A stretch of DNA of 64,000 bases from an uncultured bacterium (GTDB lineage Bacteria > Bacillota_I > Bacilli_A > RFN20 > CAG-826), in the NCBI GenBank assembly GCA_949297305.1, contig CASFSG010000068.1, positions 19,833-83,832 of the forward strand. Reading direction: 5' to 3'. Shown piece by piece: positions 1-10,032 of the stretch (positions are counted from its first letter, which is position 1; every line of letters begins with the position of its first letter). The notes under the pieces are model-generated. The model saw only the letters and a list, made by a program, of their open reading frames with translations. It was not told where the DNA came from and searched no databases. Both the position numbers and the translations under genes were made by a program.

Positions 1-1769
1 TTAATAACATCATCAGGTGAAACGACATTTCCACGCGATTTTGACATTTTTTCACGATTTTCACCTAATACCAAACCTTGATGAAATAACTTTTTAAAAG
101 GTTCTGGGGTGAAAACGTAGCCTTGATCATAAAGAAATTTATGCCAAAAGCGCGCATATAATAAATGCAAAACTGCATGTTCACTACCACCAATATATAA
201 ATCGACTGGCAACCAATGTTTAATTAATTTAGGATCGGCAAAAGCATTTTGATTATGAGGATCTAAATAACGAATATAATACCAGCACGAACCCGCCCAT
301 TGCGGCATCGTATTAGTTTCTCGTTTACCATGTTTACCAGCGAGATTAACATTTAACCATTCTTTTGCATGAATTAAAGGAGATTCACCAGTTAAAGATG
401 GTTTATATTCATCTAATAAAGGCAAAACAAGTGGTAGTTCTTCATTCTTTAAAGGGATGATTTTTCCATCATCCATATTGATAACAGGAATAGGTTCTCC
501 CCAATATCGTTGACGAGAAAATAACCAATCTCGCAATTTGTAATTCACTTTTTCTTTTCCTAGTCCAAGTTCAACAAGCTTATTTCTAATAGCGATAGAT
601 GCTTCCTTAATATTTAAGCCGTTAGCAAAATCGGAGTTAATATGCTCGCCATCTAAAACCATCGCTTCCGATGAAATATCGCCCGCGAGTACTTGTTTTA
701 TTTTTAAGTTGTGTTTTTTTGCAAATTCATAGTCGCGACTATCGTGCGCTGGCACAGCCATAACCGCTCCCTCGCCATAACCATATAAAACATAATCAGC
801 GATGAAAATAGGAACTTCTTCGTTGTTGATTGGGTTAATCGCATAACTACCTAAAAAGACACCACTTTTGTCTTTATTCAATTCGGTTCTTTCTAAATCT
901 GATTTTGATTTAATTTTCTCAATATAAGCGTTAACAGCATCTTCTTGCTCTTTTTTAACAAGTTTTTTAACGAGTGGATGTTCGGGCGCTAAACAACAAT
1001 AAGTACAGCCGAACAAAGTATCGACGCGAGTAGTAAAAACTTTAAAAGATAAATCGGTGCCCTTAACTTTAAAAGTTATTTCCGTTCCAACCGATTTACC
1101 TATCCAATTAATTTGCATTTCGCGCGTCGATTTTGGCCAATCGATACTAGCGAGTCCTTCAAGCAATTTTTCAGCGTATTTAGTGATGCGCAATACCCAT
1201 TGACGCATCGGCTTTTTAATGACTGGAAAACCTCCTCTTTCGCTTTTTCCATCAATGACTTCTTCGTTGGCTAAAACGGTACCTAATTCAGGACAAAAAT
1301 TCACTGGAACATAATCGACATAAGCTAAATCGTTTTTTAATAATTGCAAGAAAATCCATTGTGTCCATTTATAATATTGCGGATCAATTGTTGCGATTTC
1401 TTTACTCCAATCATAAGAAAGACCAATTGAGTTTATTTGATCTTTGAAATGGGCAATATTTTGTCTAGTAAAACCTTCGGGATGAACGTTGTTTTTTAAA
1501 GCATATTGCTCGGCAGGTAAACCAAAAGCATCCCAACCCATCGGATGAAGAACATTAAACCCTTGCATTCTTTTCATTCTCGAGACGATATCGGTTGCCG
1601 TATAACCTAAAGGATGCCCAACATGTAATCCTTGTCCACTAGGATAAGGGAACATATCTAAACAATAATATTTAGGTCTACTAAAGTCATAAACATCGGT
1701 GTAATAAGTTTGATTTTTTAAATGGAATTCCTTCCACTTTTTTTCAACTGAAAGATGATCGTAACTCAT
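1..1769 (-). CDS. leuS: leucyl-tRNA synthetase, N-terminal ~590 codons (rest lies beyond the window start)
   Basis: Absent from the ORF track because it is open to position 1. My reverse-strand translation from ATG 1769..1767 gives [23 protein letters not shown]...[26 protein letters not shown] (class I HIGH motif as HVGH)...[16 protein letters not shown], typical of LeuRS. The ATG overlaps the glgA stop (ATGA). Confidence 0.9.
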   Translation of the reverse strand, partial: MSYDHLSVEKKWKEFHLKNQTYYTDVYDFSRPKYYCLDMFPYPSGQGLHVGHPLGYTATDIVSRMKRMQGFNVLHPMGWDAFGLPAEQYALKNNVHPEGFTRQNIAHFKDQINSIGLSYDWSKEIATIDPQYYKWTQWIFLQLLKNDLAYVDYVPVNFCPELGTVLANEEVIDGKSERGGFPVIKKPMRQWVLRITKYAEKLLEGLASIDWPKSTREMQINWIGKSVGTEITFKVKGTDLSFKVFTTRVDTLFGCTYCCLAPEHPLVKKLVKKEQEDAVNAYIEKIKSKSDLERTELNKDKSGVFLGSYAINPINNEEVPIFIADYVLYGYGEGAVMAVPAHDSRDYEFAKKHNLKIKQVLAGDISSEAMVLDGEHINSDFANGLNIKEASIAIRNKLVELGLGKEKVNYKLRDWLFSRQRYWGEPIPVINMDDGKIIPLKNEELPLVLPLLDEYKPSLTGESPLIHAKEWLNVNLAGKHGKRETNTMPQWAGSCWYYIRYLDPHNQNAFADPKLIKHWLPVDLYIGGSEHAVLHLLYARFWHKFLYDQGYVFTPEPFKKLFHQGLVLGENREKMSKSRGNVVSPDDVI

Positions 1770-3211
1770 TTTGCTAAAGCCTTTTTATATAATTCAACAT
1801 ATGCACTAGCGCACTTAACATACCCATTATCTTCGCGCATGCCGTTTTTTATCATTTCTTTAATTAAATCTTTGCGATCAAAATACAAATCGATTGCCAA
1901 AGTGAGGGCGTAAAGCAATCCTTGGTCATTAAAATCAACAAATGAAAAACCAGTTGCTTTTTGCGTTACACCAGGTTTAAAACCTTCAACAGTATCCTTT
2001 AAACCACCTGTTTCTCTAACGATAGGTAATGAGCCATAACGCATAGCGATCATCTGCCCTAAACCACAAGGTTCAAATAGTGATGGCATGATGAAGAAAT
2101 CGCTTCCAGCATAAATTAAATGGGCTAAATCTTCATTATAGCCAATATAAATACCAACATTATTTTGATAAATAGCCCGTAGATTTTCTAATCCCTGTTC
2201 AAGTTCTTTTTCGCCGCTACCTAAAACGATTAAATAGGCACCACGATCAAGAATGTGCTTCGCAACATGAAGAACTAATTCAATTCCTTTTTGCCACGTT
2301 AAACGCGTCACCATCGCAAAAACTGGTTTGTCTTTGTTATAGGGTAAATGCATTTTTTTAAGCAAGGCTTTCTTGTTGGATGATTTGCCGCCAATAAGCG
2401 AACGATCGGTGTAATTAGTGACTAAAATCGGATCAGTTTCAGGGCTAAAAAAATCAGTATCAATGCCATTTAAAATTCCGACAAAATCTTGTTCGCGAAG
2501 CTTAAGAATATAATTTAAACCATGCGAAGAGGAATATTCCAATAATTCATTGCGATGAGTAGGTGAAACAGTTGAAATCACATCCGCATAAGTAATAGCC
2601 GATTTTAGCGTTGAGACTTGACCATCAAAGCGAACATTGCCATTATCAAATAAAGTATCGCTTAAACCGAAGAAATTATTTAAAAAATATTTGTCTAAAT
2701 AACCTTTGAAGGCAGGATTATGAATCGTCAAGCAAAAACGTGTGTGAATGAAGAAATCGCTTTCACGATTAAATCTTTCTTTAATTAAGCAAGGAATCAT
2801 TCCAGCTTGCCAATCATGGACATGAATGATATCAGGAATAAATTCTATGCGCATCAAAGCGTAAATAGAAGCCAAAGAGAAGAAAGCAAAACGCTCGCCA
2901 TCATCGTTATAACCATATAAATTATCTCTTTTAAAATAATATTCATTATCGATTAAATAATATTGAGTGTTACCGATTTTTAAACGATAGACGCCGGCAT
3001 ATTGCTTTCGCCAGCTCATAAAGACATCAAATTTTGTCACTTCTTTTAAAGAAGCGAAATGTTCTTCTTTTATTTTCTTATATAAAGGTAAAATGATGAT
3101 GGCATCATGACCCATTTTATTTAATTCTTTTGTTAAAGAATAAGTGACATCAGCTAAGCCGCCGGTTTTACTAAGAGGGTTAGCCTCACTACAAATCATT
3201 GCTATTTTCAT
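1766..3211 (-). CDS. glgA: glycogen synthase (ADP-glucose type)
   Basis: 481-aa ORF with N-terminal SKTGGLADV motif and C-terminal [12 protein letters not shown] block. It follows glgC-glgD as in Bacillus/Clostridia. Confidence 0.9.
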   Translation of the reverse strand: MKIAMICSEANPLSKTGGLADVTYSLTKELNKMGHDAIIILPLYKKIKEEHFASLKEVTKFDVFMSWRKQYAGVYRLKIGNTQYYLIDNEYYFKRDNLYGYNDDGERFAFFSLASIYALMRIEFIPDIIHVHDWQAGMIPCLIKERFNRESDFFIHTRFCLTIHNPAFKGYLDKYFLNNFFGLSDTLFDNGNVRFDGQVSTLKSAITYADVISTVSPTHRNELLEYSSSHGLNYILKLREQDFVGILNGIDTDFFSPETDPILVTNYTDRSLIGGKSSNKKALLKKMHLPYNKDKPVFAMVTRLTWQKGIELVLHVAKHILDRGAYLIVLGSGEKELEQGLENLRAIYQNNVGIYIGYNEDLAHLIYAGSDFFIMPSLFEPCGLGQMIAMRYGSLPIVRETGGLKDTVEGFKPGVTQKATGFSFVDFNDQGLLYALTLAIDLYFDRKDLIKEMIKNGMREDNGYVKCASAYVELYKKALAK

Positions 3212-4332
3212 CGAATATTTTTTCCTTGTTCTATATATATCGGCTTACGTTTTGTGCCTCGAATTTCTTTATTAGCCGATATATGAGCGTATTTATCAAT
3301 TAAGGCGTTTTCTATGATAACATTTTCGCCAACAAAAGTCGCTGTTAAAATGATGGAATTTTTAATTGTTGCTCCTTTAGAAATCTTTACTCGTCGCGAG
3401 ATGATGCTATTTTCTACATTGCCTTCAACAATTGCCCCATTAGCGACAAAAGAATTTTTTACATCGCTATTTAAACCATACATGGTAGGAATTGTATCAT
3501 GCGATAAGGTATAAATTGGAGTCTCTTCGGCAAATAATTTATGAGCGTTTTTAAAATCCAATAATTCGAAAGATATATCCATAAATGATTTGAGATTATC
3601 AAACATGCGAATAAAACCTTTCACTTCAATTGGATGAATAATGCCACCATCATTTAAATAAGCTTTAAAAGCATCTTTTAAACTCAAAGGTTTAGCGACA
3701 TCTTTTACAAAGCGATTAATAAATGTTTTCAAAACATCAATATTTACGATATAAGTATAAAGAGAAACATTCACATGTTTTAATTTGCCGTTATTTGGTT
3801 CGCTATTAAGAACGACACCATTTTCAATCGTCAAAATATTACCGTTTTTAAACTTCGCGTTACCATCATGAATTTTAGTATAAATAACTGAAACTTTCTC
3901 ACCGCTATTTATGTGTTCCTCTAAACACTTATTAAAATCAATGTTAGCTAAAACGTAAGAAGGCGTAATGATGACAATATCAGCTTTTGCCTCATAAAAA
4001 ACCCAATCGTTTTGTGATAAAGAGGCTAAATCAGTGTTAAAAGAAGGATCTTTGATGCCTTTTTCATTAATCAAAATATTTTGTCGACCAATCTTGGTAT
4101 TAGTAACCCACGATTTTAAATTGCCGACATGTTTAGCGACGCTACGGAAATTCTTTTCAACTAAAATATTAAAATCGTCAATGGAGGCATTTGTGAAATT
4201 AGAAAGAGCAAAATCCATCACCGCAAAGCGTCCTAAAAAAGATGTCGAGCCAAGAGTGCGAGAACTAGTTAAGGGGCCTAAAGATGGCTCGCCATACATA
4301 TTTAAAATACCAACTACTTTTTCTTTAATCAT
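3208..4332 (-). CDS. glgD: glucose-1-phosphate adenylyltransferase regulatory subunit GlgD
   Basis: GlgC paralogue lacking the GGxGxRL loop (GILNMYGEPSLGPLTS instead), with a beta-helix-like C-terminus, sited between glgC and glgA. I moved the start to MIKEKVV (ATG at 4332), giving an ATGATTAA overlap with the glgC stop; the track ORF extends to 4356. Confidence 0.8.
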   Translation of the reverse strand: MIKEKVVGILNMYGEPSLGPLTSSRTLGSTSFLGRFAVMDFALSNFTNASIDDFNILVEKNFRSVAKHVGNLKSWVTNTKIGRQNILINEKGIKDPSFNTDLASLSQNDWVFYEAKADIVIITPSYVLANIDFNKCLEEHINSGEKVSVIYTKIHDGNAKFKNGNILTIENGVVLNSEPNNGKLKHVNVSLYTYIVNIDVLKTFINRFVKDVAKPLSLKDAFKAYLNDGGIIHPIEVKGFIRMFDNLKSFMDISFELLDFKNAHKLFAEETPIYTLSHDTIPTMYGLNSDVKNSFVANGAIVEGNVENSIISRRVKISKGATIKNSIILTATFVGENVIIENALIDKYAHISANKEIRGTKRKPIYIEQGKNIR

Positions 4333-5461
4333 TGATACGCACCTTTCTATTTGCAATTAAAATGATTTCATCTTGTCCGACTTGACGGTCGTTTTCTTCA
4401 ACAACACTATCGGGAGCAATAACAGCGTTTTTAACTACTGCGCCTTTTTTAATATGCGCGCCAGTCATCACGACGCTATTTTCTACAACTGCACCTGCCT
4501 CAACACTAACTTCATTAGAAACGACAGAATGGATAACGCTTCCCAAAATAATCGCCCCTTGATTAATAATTGAATCTTTAACGGCAGCTTTCTTTCCAAT
4601 ATATTGCGGATGAGAACGAGTATCAGCCGAATAAATATGATTCTCTCCGATGATACGATTCAAATTCATGCCTTTGGTTGAAAGCAATAAATCCATATTT
4701 GCTTCGTGAAGCGAGGCAATCGTCCCGACATCTTTCCAATAACCTTTATAAGTGTATGCCATCATCTTTTTGCCTTCACTTAACATTGACGGAATTATAT
4801 CTTTTCCAAAATCATGAGTCGAATCAATTCTCTTATGATCTTCAATCAAAGCCTTTCTTAAAACTTTGTAAGAGAAAATATAAATCCCCATGCTTGCAAG
4901 ATTGCTTTTAGGAACGGCAGGCTTTTCTTCGAAACCAATAATATTTTTATTTTCATCGGCGATGATAATACCAAAACGTGAAGCCTCTTTTAAGGGTACT
5001 TCGTAAGTTGCGATAGTACAATCTGCGTTGTTCGTAATATGCATATTGAGCATTGCGCTATAAGTAGTTGAATAGATATGATCACCCGAAAGTATCAAAA
5101 CATATTCAGGATTACGACCATCGAGAAATTCTAAATTTTCATAGATGGCATCAGCAGTTCCTTTATACCAATTTAAACCAGATTCGGTTTGGCGAGGCGG
5201 TAAGGCAACCGTAAAAGAATGCACGCCATTTAAGCCCCACTTTTCACCGTTACCGATGTATTGGTCTAACACAACTGATTCGTATTGAGTTAGCACTCCT
5301 ACCGTGTTAATACCAGAATTCGCACAATTGCTTAAAGGGAAGTCGATAATGCGATATTTAGCCCCAAAACTAACAGCAGGCTTCGCAATTTTCTTAGTTA
5401 AGGCTTCTAGACGTGTCCCTTTGCCACCGGCTAGAATCATTGCCACAATTTTCTCTGACAT
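4325..5461 (-). CDS. glgC: glucose-1-phosphate adenylyltransferase
   Basis: N-terminal ILAGGKGTRLEALTKKIAKPAVSFGAKYRIIDFPLSN motif of ADP-glucose pyrophosphorylase; 378 aa. Confidence 0.9.
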   Translation of the reverse strand: MSEKIVAMILAGGKGTRLEALTKKIAKPAVSFGAKYRIIDFPLSNCANSGINTVGVLTQYESVVLDQYIGNGEKWGLNGVHSFTVALPPRQTESGLNWYKGTADAIYENLEFLDGRNPEYVLILSGDHIYSTTYSAMLNMHITNNADCTIATYEVPLKEASRFGIIIADENKNIIGFEEKPAVPKSNLASMGIYIFSYKVLRKALIEDHKRIDSTHDFGKDIIPSMLSEGKKMMAYTYKGYWKDVGTIASLHEANMDLLLSTKGMNLNRIIGENHIYSADTRSHPQYIGKKAAVKDSIINQGAIILGSVIHSVVSNEVSVEAGAVVENSVVMTGAHIKKGAVVKNAVIAPDSVVEENDRQVGQDEIILIANRKVRIND

Positions 5462-5684
5462 TTTTTCCTTCTCTTTCCATATAATATTCTAGCAAAAAAT
5501 AAAACATAGTTTTATAACATATTTTTTACTTATATTTTTTTCGATATAATCGAAGATTTTTTTCTAAAGTTTATAAAAATATATGTTTTGAAAAAAAGAA
5601 AAACATCGAATAATTAATATCTATGTTCGGAAACATTTAAATAAAAAATATATTACTTATCAAACATATTGTTATAATTATCAT

Positions 5685-7166
5685 ATGAGCAACTTTCTAG
5701 AAAAAATATTTAAAATCAAGGCAAAAGGTTCATCGATTAAAAACGAAGTAATTGGTGGGTTAATTGTCTTTATCTCTTTATGTTATGTTTTGCCTTTAAA
5801 TGCTGCAATTTTATCAGATATGGGAATGTCGAAAGCGGGCGTCTTTGCTATGACTGCTTTTGTTTCTGCTTTCGTTACAATTATTATGGCTTTAATAGCT
5901 AATTATCCCGTTGTTTTATCTAGCGGCATGGGATTAAATGCGTATATAGCTTACACGATTGCTAATTCGAATGGTTATACTTGGCAACAAGCAATGATTA
6001 TCCTAACAATATCAGGAATTATCTTTTTTATCTTTTCATTAACACCAATTAGAAAATGGATAATTAATGCTATACCTAATGGTGTAAAATATGTTATCAG
6101 CGCAGCATTAGGCGCTTTTATCTGTTTTGTAGGTTTAAAAAATTCGGGCGTAATTGTTATGAACGAATCGACTTTTGTCTCCTTGGGCAATTTCGCAAAT
6201 CCAGCCACATTAATATCTATTTTTACCGCATTATTATGTTTTGGACTAATGTTTTCTAAAAGGAAAATACTAGCTAATTTAGCCATTCCCATTTGCGTCT
6301 TAGTCGCAGCAATTGTTGGCTTAATTACATCGATAATTATGAATAGCACCGGCATGCTTTATCTAAACGAAGGGACGTGGACTTATGGTGGATATTTAGC
6401 TAATGAAAGTGTTGCTTTGCCAATTATTCCATGGCTTGATCCTAATGTCAGTTTTGGTTTAAGTGGCATTCAAGATGTCTTTTTATATGGCATCTTTTCT
6501 ACTAACGGTTATTCCGGTGAAATGTTTATAAGCGATCTGAGGTCAGTTTTTACAAATCCCGTTTCTTATATCGCTATTTTTTCCTTAATGTTTGTCAATT
6601 TATTTGATACGACCGCTACTCTACTTGCTGTTGGTCGCAATGTTGGCATCATCGATCAAAATGGCCAGATGTTAAAATATCGTGAAGCGGTAATCGCCGA
6701 TGCTTCGGGTGCTCTAATTTGTGGTCCCTTAGGCACTTCTACCGTCACTTCTTTTGCCGAATCAAATATCGGGGTCGAGATGGGTGCTCGAACTGGCTTA
6801 TGTGCTTTTGTTGCTAGTTTGTTATTTTTATTAAGTGCCTTCATTTATCCAATATTTTCAGTTTTTACAGCAGGTTGTGTCTCTGCCCCGGCTTTAATAT
6901 GTGTTGGAGCATTAATATTTGTAAATAATTTTAAAGAAATAGATTTTAAAGATAATATCTTAGTTTTTACTGGTTTTGTAACTGTCATATTTACGCTATT
7001 AACATATTCGATAGCTAACGGCATTGGGATGGGTTTAATAACGCTAATTATCATGCTGCTATTTAATGGTCGCAAAAAAGAAATTAATATAACAGTTATT
7101 ATCATAGCAATTTTATTCTTAGTGTCGTTTGTGCTGACAGCGGTATTGCCTTTAATGAGTTCATGA
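5685..7166 (+). CDS. NCS2-family nucleobase (purine) permease, AzgA/PbuG-like
   Basis: 493 aa and polytopic (about 12 hydrophobic helices). The N-terminus FKIKAKGSSIKNEVIGGLIVFISLCYVLPLN resembles AzgA/PbuG-type permeases. Confidence 0.75.
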   Translation: MSNFLEKIFKIKAKGSSIKNEVIGGLIVFISLCYVLPLNAAILSDMGMSKAGVFAMTAFVSAFVTIIMALIANYPVVLSSGMGLNAYIAYTIANSNGYTWQQAMIILTISGIIFFIFSLTPIRKWIINAIPNGVKYVISAALGAFICFVGLKNSGVIVMNESTFVSLGNFANPATLISIFTALLCFGLMFSKRKILANLAIPICVLVAAIVGLITSIIMNSTGMLYLNEGTWTYGGYLANESVALPIIPWLDPNVSFGLSGIQDVFLYGIFSTNGYSGEMFISDLRSVFTNPVSYIAIFSLMFVNLFDTTATLLAVGRNVGIIDQNGQMLKYREAVIADASGALICGPLGTSTVTSFAESNIGVEMGARTGLCAFVASLLFLLSAFIYPIFSVFTAGCVSAPALICVGALIFVNNFKEIDFKDNILVFTGFVTVIFTLLTYSIANGIGMGLITLIIMLLFNGRKKEINITVIIIAILFLVSFVLTAVLPLMSS

Positions 7167-7642
7167 AGAAATTAAAGGAGAAGAAAACGAATAAATATTA
7201 TTTGCCTAAAACGCGCATCATTTTAATCTATCTTGCACTTTTTTTAGTGATGGAAATTATCTTTTACATCTCGTTTCAATTGTCTAATGGTGTCTTTTAT
7301 CCTTTTCACATCTCTTTTTATATCTACACACCAATTTTACTAGGCTTGGCGATTATGTTTACTGTCATGTCTTTAACTCAAACTTATTATGTCTTAGAAA
7401 AGACGCGATTTGTCCATGTTAAATTGGGAAAGGTTTACGCTTATAATTTTAAAGACATAATCTATGTTGATGAAAGGTGGTCATCTAAGCATAAAATGAT
7501 TGCTTTCATCACAAAAGATAGTTCTAAAATCAAATATTTAGCTTTTGACAAAAAACATGTTATATATGATAAAATTCTCGAAAAATCGCCTTTGATGAGT
7601 GAAGAAGAATTTAAAATTAGATATCCTAATATCAAATTCTAA
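7163..7642 (+). CDS. small membrane protein, possible bacterial PH-like (DUF304-type) domain
   Basis: 159 aa with two N-terminal hydrophobic helices followed by a soluble domain. ATGA overlap with the permease stop. Confidence 0.45.
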   Translation: MKKLKEKKTNKYYLPKTRIILIYLALFLVMEIIFYISFQLSNGVFYPFHISFYIYTPILLGLAIMFTVMSLTQTYYVLEKTRFVHVKLGKVYAYNFKDIIYVDERWSSKHKMIAFITKDSSKIKYLAFDKKHVIYDKILEKSPLMSEEEFKIRYPNIKF

Positions 7643-7713
7643 AATTTTTTGTTTTACAAAATTGTCTTTATGTGTTATGTTTTTTATTGCTAATTTCAAG
7701 CGAGGTGAAGTTT

Positions 7714-7908
7714 ATGTCAAGAGTATGTCAAGTTACTGGTGTTGGTCCATTAAGTGGTAATAATCGTTCCCACTCTTTAAGAGCGACTCGCCGTGTTTAT
7801 AATCCTAATTTACAAACTTATCGTTTAAAAGACTCAAAAGGACGCGTTTTTAAAGTTAAGATGACGGCACGTGCACATCGCGCTTTATTAAAAGACCAAG
7901 TTCAATAA
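7714..7908 (+). CDS. rpmB: 50S ribosomal protein L28
   Basis: MSRVCQVTGVGPLSGNNRSHSLRATRRVYNPNLQ is the L28 signature. Start set at the internal ATG preceded by GAGGTGAAG; the track ORF starts earlier at 7672. Confidence 0.88.
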   Translation: MSRVCQVTGVGPLSGNNRSHSLRATRRVYNPNLQTYRLKDSKGRVFKVKMTARAHRALLKDQVQ

Positions 7909-7936
7909 TAGGTTGTTTAATAAGAATTATTGAAAC

Positions 7937-7957
7937 GCCACGAAAGTGGCTTTTTTT
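7937..7957 (+). terminator. rho-independent terminator between convergent rpmB and the 229-aa membrane-protein gene
   Basis: GCCAC-GAAA-GTGGC hairpin followed by T7. Confidence 0.7.
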
Positions 7958-8645
7958 ATATCGATAAAAAAGTTAAGAAAGTCATTACGACATTGAATAA
8001 ACTAATCAAATAAAAAAGCCACTCGCTATAGGCTAAGGGAAAGAATTTTGGTCTAACAATACTAGTCTCACCTTTTTCATTAGTTTCCTTGTTTAATTTA
8101 GCCCATTCTTTTAATTTTGGATTAAGAATAACGATAATTCCAATAATAGTTAATAGAATACTAAAGCAAGCAAAGATTAGATGAGGGAGAGATGTATTAT
8201 ATGTAAAATATAATAAAAAACCTAAAAGCGACACTAAAGCACTGATTAAAATATTAAAGACAAAGTAAAGAGTTGCTAACAAAGTGTGTTGCCGAATAAA
8301 TTTAGCTGGTAAAAAAGCGATACCTAAATAAAATAAGGCGTTTATAAAAATTAAAATAGCGATGAAAGTAACTAAATAGATTAAATTGCCCCAACTTGAA
8401 AAAGAAGTAAAAATTAAAATCAATGGAGAAATAGCAAAGCCACTATAAATTAACAAAATAATACGATAAGGTAACGATAACTTTTGATCAACATTATCTA
8501 AAATTTCATAAGGGAAGGTATTGAAATAAGAGAATTTCTTTTTGTTGACAAATTGATAAATGATATTTCCAAAAATTGTTAGTGTTAAAAAAAGGAGCAA
8601 GTAAATGGCAAATAGCGAGATATAAATAAGATTAAACTCAATCAT
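7956..8645 (-). CDS. polytopic membrane protein, unknown function
   Basis: 229 aa with about 6 hydrophobic helices. The start overlaps the rpe stop by 8 nt (ATGATTGA). Confidence 0.5.
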   Translation of the reverse strand: MIEFNLIYISLFAIYLLLFLTLTIFGNIIYQFVNKKKFSYFNTFPYEILDNVDQKLSLPYRIILLIYSGFAISPLILIFTSFSSWGNLIYLVTFIAILIFINALFYLGIAFLPAKFIRQHTLLATLYFVFNILISALVSLLGFLLYFTYNTSLPHLIFACFSILLTIIGIIVILNPKLKEWAKLNKETNEKGETSIVRPKFFPLAYSEWLFYLISLFNVVMTFLTFLSI

Positions 8646-10032
8646 TTTTTAAAACCTCAATTTGTCTATGATAAGAGGAATGATTAACGATAAAAGTCCC
8701 GGCTACCAAAATGTCCACTCCCGCCGCTTTGGCGATTTTTGATGTCCATTCATTAATCCCGCCATCAACTTCGATTAAATATGAAAGATGGTTTTCCTTG
8801 CGATATTGATCGAGAAAATAGATTTTATCAGTCGCACTATCTAAGTAAGATTGTCCGCCTTTTCCTGGTTCTACTGACATAATTAAAATGACATCGATTT
8901 TATCAAGATAAGGAAGAAGAACTCTTACATCGGTATCAGGTTTAATAGAAACACCCACTCTAACATCGTGAGAACAAATTTTAGCGATGAGATTAAGAAG
9001 ATGATTTTCGTTATTAACAGCTTCATAATGAAAAGTTAAAATATCGACACCAGCACGCAAATATTCGTCAACAAAATTATCGACATTTTGCACCATTAAA
9101 TGCACATCGTTAATAAGTAATGAGCTCTTTTTAATTTCTTTATAATCATCGATAGAATAAGTTTTATTGCTAACAAATATGCCATCCATCACATCGAAGT
9201 GTAAGTAATCAGCACCACCCCGATATAATTTTTTTAAAGCTCCCTTAATTTTATTTTTAGGGAGAGTCAAAATCGATGGTGATATTAAAATGTTTTTTTC
9301 TCCTATTAAAAAATAGTAATTATAAAGGTCAATAAAACTATTAATCTTATTAAATTTTGAACTATCTTTAAAAAACGACCAATCGATTAAAAAGTCATCG
9401 TTAGATTGTTTTAAAGTTTTTTCCTTAGTTTCAAAATAACAAATATTTAACAAATTTAATTCTAAACTATTAATATTACTTTCGACTTCATTATCACCAT
9501 TTAAATAATATAAATATTTAAGAAAAATATTGCCTTTTTGCGACAAATTTAATTTAAAAGTCTCATTTTTATCTAAAAAAGATGTAAAAAATAAACAGTG
9601 ATTTTGACTTAATCTAGCGATATTATTTATTAAATTATCATCGAAAATATCATAGTATGAGATATTTAAATCTATTAAAGGTCGTTTGATAAACTCGCTT
9701 AAATAACTCAAAAAGAGAAAAGATAATTTAAGATGATGTTTATTAGCTAAAAACGCTAGGTTAATAAGATAAGAAAAATATCTAAGAAAAGTTGAGCTTG
9801 TTAATAATAAAAAAATTTCATCATTATTTCCAATATTTAGCGAAGAAAATGATTGCCCTTTAGTACAATTAACTAATTTAAAATTATCGTCGAAAACATC
9901 TCCGATTTCTAATGATTTATAGCGGGATGACGATGGTCTAAAATTATCGAGCAAAATCTGCTCAAAAATTTGATTTTTATCAATAAACAATAAACGATTA
10001 TGATTCTTTGCAATTAATCTTTTAAACATCAT
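8638..10032 (-). CDS. rpe: ribulose-phosphate 3-epimerase with a ~235-aa N-terminal extension of unknown function
   Basis: The C-terminal ~220 aa carry Rpe blocks: GADYLHFDVMDGIFVSN, DVHLMV, ILIMSVEPGKGGQ, EVDGGIN, VAGT. The N-terminal half has no recognisable motif. Confidence 0.8.
   Translation of the reverse strand: MMFKRLIAKNHNRLLFIDKNQIFEQILLDNFRPSSSRYKSLEIGDVFDDNFKLVNCTKGQSFSSLNIGNNDEIFLLLTSSTFLRYFSYLINLAFLANKHHLKLSFLFLSYLSEFIKRPLIDLNISYYDIFDDNLINNIARLSQNHCLFFTSFLDKNETFKLNLSQKGNIFLKYLYYLNGDNEVESNINSLELNLLNICYFETKEKTLKQSNDDFLIDWSFFKDSSKFNKINSFIDLYNYYFLIGEKNILISPSILTLPKNKIKGALKKLYRGGADYLHFDVMDGIFVSNKTYSIDDYKEIKKSSLLINDVHLMVQNVDNFVDEYLRAGVDILTFHYEAVNNENHLLNLIAKICSHDVRVGVSIKPDTDVRVLLPYLDKIDVILIMSVEPGKGGQSYLDSATDKIYFLDQYRKENHLSYLIEVDGGINEWTSKIAKAAGVDILVAGTFIVNHSSYHRQIEVLKND

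Noticed and set aside
1767-1800. T-box leader or other aaRS regulatory RNA upstream of leuS.
   Set aside because: There is no leader at all. The leuS ATG overlaps the glgA stop codon (ATGA).
5462-5684. Possible purine riboswitch upstream of the AzgA/PbuG-like permease (contains TATAATCG).
   Set aside because: The conserved core of the guanine/adenine riboswitch (GATATGG...AGTTTCTACC...CCGTAAA) is absent. The region is almost pure A/T with no P2/P3 helices.
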